Of a stretch of DNA of 64,000 nucleotides, positions 62,785 through 64,000 are shown one piece after another. The notes under the pieces were generated by a model. That model had not been told where the DNA came from. It searched no databases and saw only the letters and a program-made list of their open reading frames with translations. Each line of letters starts with the position of its first letter. Within the stretch, counting starts at the first letter, position 1. The stretch comes from a virus. Taxonomy: Duplodnaviria; Heunggongvirae; Uroviricota; Caudoviricetes. A program made the position numbers and the translations under genes. The DNA is taken from the IMG/VR virus record IMGVR_UViG_3300025887_000009. One strand, written 5' to 3'.

Positions 62785-62928
62785 GAGAAAGCAGCGTAGC
62801 TGCCTCAGCAAAAATTTTTTAGACGTTTAATGTACATGCTTTTTCTACACCCACTCACAGAAGCTGCGCTTCTCGTCGTAGGGTTCCGAAACGCAGTATA
62901 GCTCAGATTCTTTTCTTAGAAACTCGCT

Positions 62929-62947
62929 ATTCTCTAAGTTAGAGAAT
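62929..62947. other. 9-bp inverted repeat hairpin overlapping the stop of the ORF at 62939..63193
   Basis: ATTCTCTAA-g-TTAGAGAAT. T-run follows on the plus strand. Confidence 0.35.
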
Positions 62948-63193
62948 TTTGTTCTCTTCTATGTTAACAGTATAGTAGTCGGAGTACCGTGAACCCAGAA
63001 GTTCGAATAGTACAAGAGTAGCATCGCTTGCGCGTGTGTGCTCTAAGACTAGTTTGTAATCATCTTCACGGTGCACGGTTCTAGGTGAGCCACTGTGGGC
63101 TATGGTGTTAACAAGGTTACCGACTATTCGCTTGCTGAGTGCAGGCATGGTTTTAAGAGCTGGGGTGAAGTTGATGTTGTATATGGTTCTCAC
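62939..63193 (-). CDS. hypothetical protein (84 aa)
   Basis: ORF at the edge of the non-coding repeat region. A hairpin overlaps its stop. Confidence 0.35.
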   Translation of the reverse strand: MRTIYNINFTPALKTMPALSKRIVGNLVNTIAHSGSPRTVHREDDYKLVLEHTRASDATLVLFELLGSRYSDYYTVNIEENKIL

Positions 63194-63534
63194 AGTGTAT
63201 ATATCATCTTACACTGTATGCTATGGTACTCGTCTGGTGCAGTCTGCACCATTCGCAGCTGGCTTCGTTCGCTTCGCGACTCGAGCTGAGTCAGCTTCGC
63301 TTTTGTGTAGTGCCCGAAATGGGTCCTGCGTGTTCTTAAAAATTTCCCGCGCAGTTTTTTATGGTGAAGTACTTATAGATGGTAGGTGGTGATTCTGCAT
63401 CACCCAGTTTTAAAAATGTTGATTTAAATTTGAAATTAAATAATTTGAAATCCGTTTAGCGTTTAGTGTTGTAAAGCAAATAATTAATTTATATACCCCG
63501 ACCCCCCTCTTTTTTTATTTTTTATTTTTTTATT

Positions 63535-63570
63535 TTTGTTTGTTACTTTGTTTGTTACTTTGTTTGTTAC
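63535..63570. repeat. 3 x 12-bp tandem repeat TTTGTTTGTTAC in AT-rich non-coding region
   Basis: Perfect triplication, preceded by T7/T6/T7/T5 runs. Confidence 0.8.
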
Positions 63571-63604
63571 TATACATATACTGTACACTACTGCGCTACG
63601 CATT

Positions 63605-63646
63605 GCAAGCACTAATATAATTTATTTTAATGCATTTAGTGCTTGC
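63605..63646. repeat. 11-bp perfect inverted repeat GCAAGCACTAA / TTAGTGCTTGC with 20-nt AT-rich loop
   Basis: Arms at 63605-63615 and 63636-63646. Confidence 0.75.
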
Positions 63647-63648
63647 GC

Positions 63649-64000
63649 TAGTGCTGCGCAACTGCTATAACATATGTATAGCAACGCAACAAACAGCAAA
63701 GTAGCACAGTATGTACACAGCAACGCATTACGCAAACTACACAACGCAAAAGCGCGCAAACATTGCACAAGCAGCATTGTACGCAAAGCTTATTAAAAAG
63801 CTTAACAAGTACAACGCAAAGCACAACACAAACTACGTGCTGCAAGCAACAACACAAGCTAGCGTATGCAATACGCAAGTGTACGTAACACTTGCAATTA
63901 CTTGCAAAAAGTATAAGCAAGCTGTTAAGTTGTTTAACAAAACAGTAAGTGCGTTTTACAAGCAACTTAACGACTCGCACGATTCTAACAGCTTTGTTGT
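63649..64000. other. strand-biased A+C-rich (T-poor) low-complexity non-coding region with recurring ACGCAA/GCAAGC words
   Basis: No plausible ORF. Only a Cys-rich antisense artefact ORF is present. Composition is unlike the rest of the genome. Confidence 0.5.

Noticed and set aside
62890-62915. tRNA-like 'GCAGTATAGCTCAGA' D-arm-like string
   Set aside because: No T-arm (GTTCGAATC-type) or acceptor-stem complement nearby. It is not a tRNA.
63095-63392. Plus-strand ORFs 63095..63289 and 63102..63392
   Set aside because: They overlap a minus-strand gene and the repeat-rich non-coding region. No RBS, and odd composition.
63648-63980. 110-aa Cys/Val/Leu-rich minus-strand ORF
   Set aside because: It lies in the T-poor AC-rich low-complexity region. 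Its codons are dominated by TGT/TGC/GTT, there is no RBS, and it is almost certainly non-coding.

Overview
The window is 64 kb of a distantly T4-like myovirus genome at about 40% GC, densely coded. Its T4 core genes are in a non-T4 order.

Gene content, left to right:
- The 3' end of the portal gene.
- A prohead module (acidic core protein, gp21-like protease, gp22-like scaffold, gp23-like major capsid protein).
- Tail, fibre and baseplate-like genes, including two paralogous fibre genes.
- A leftward island carrying a NUDIX hydrolase and two structural genes.
- A dNMP-kinase-like gene and a free-standing HNH endonuclease.
- A 1082-aa tail sheath and a tube protein.
- The large terminase and an 890-aa unknown protein.
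- gp32 SSB, the UvsX recombinase, and a tightly coupled seven-gene sugar-modification operon (two FkbM methyltransferases, a GT8 glycosyltransferase, a GT-A-like DxD protein and three paralogous GT-B-like proteins).
- The UvsW helicase, peptide deformylase, a gp61-like primase, a Kae1/NodU-type carbamoyltransferase N-domain protein and a gp41/DnaB-like helicase.
- About 20 small leftward early genes.
- A leftward operon of a membrane-anchored protein, seven MORN-variant (YwqK-like) repeat genes overlapping each other by 8 nt, a secreted small protein and an SPFH/flotillin-like membrane protein.
- An 800-bp non-coding, repeat-rich and strand-biased region at the right end.

Regulatory signals fit T4-like biology. 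Several perfect sigma70-type TTGACA-N17-TATAAT early promoters occur on both strands. T4-late-like (T)ATAAATA(C) motifs sit directly next to several late-gene start codons. Clear hairpin plus T-tract terminators are present.

The strongest candidates for undescribed biology are the MORN-array / SPFH membrane operon and the glycan-building operon with its separate carbamoyltransferase.
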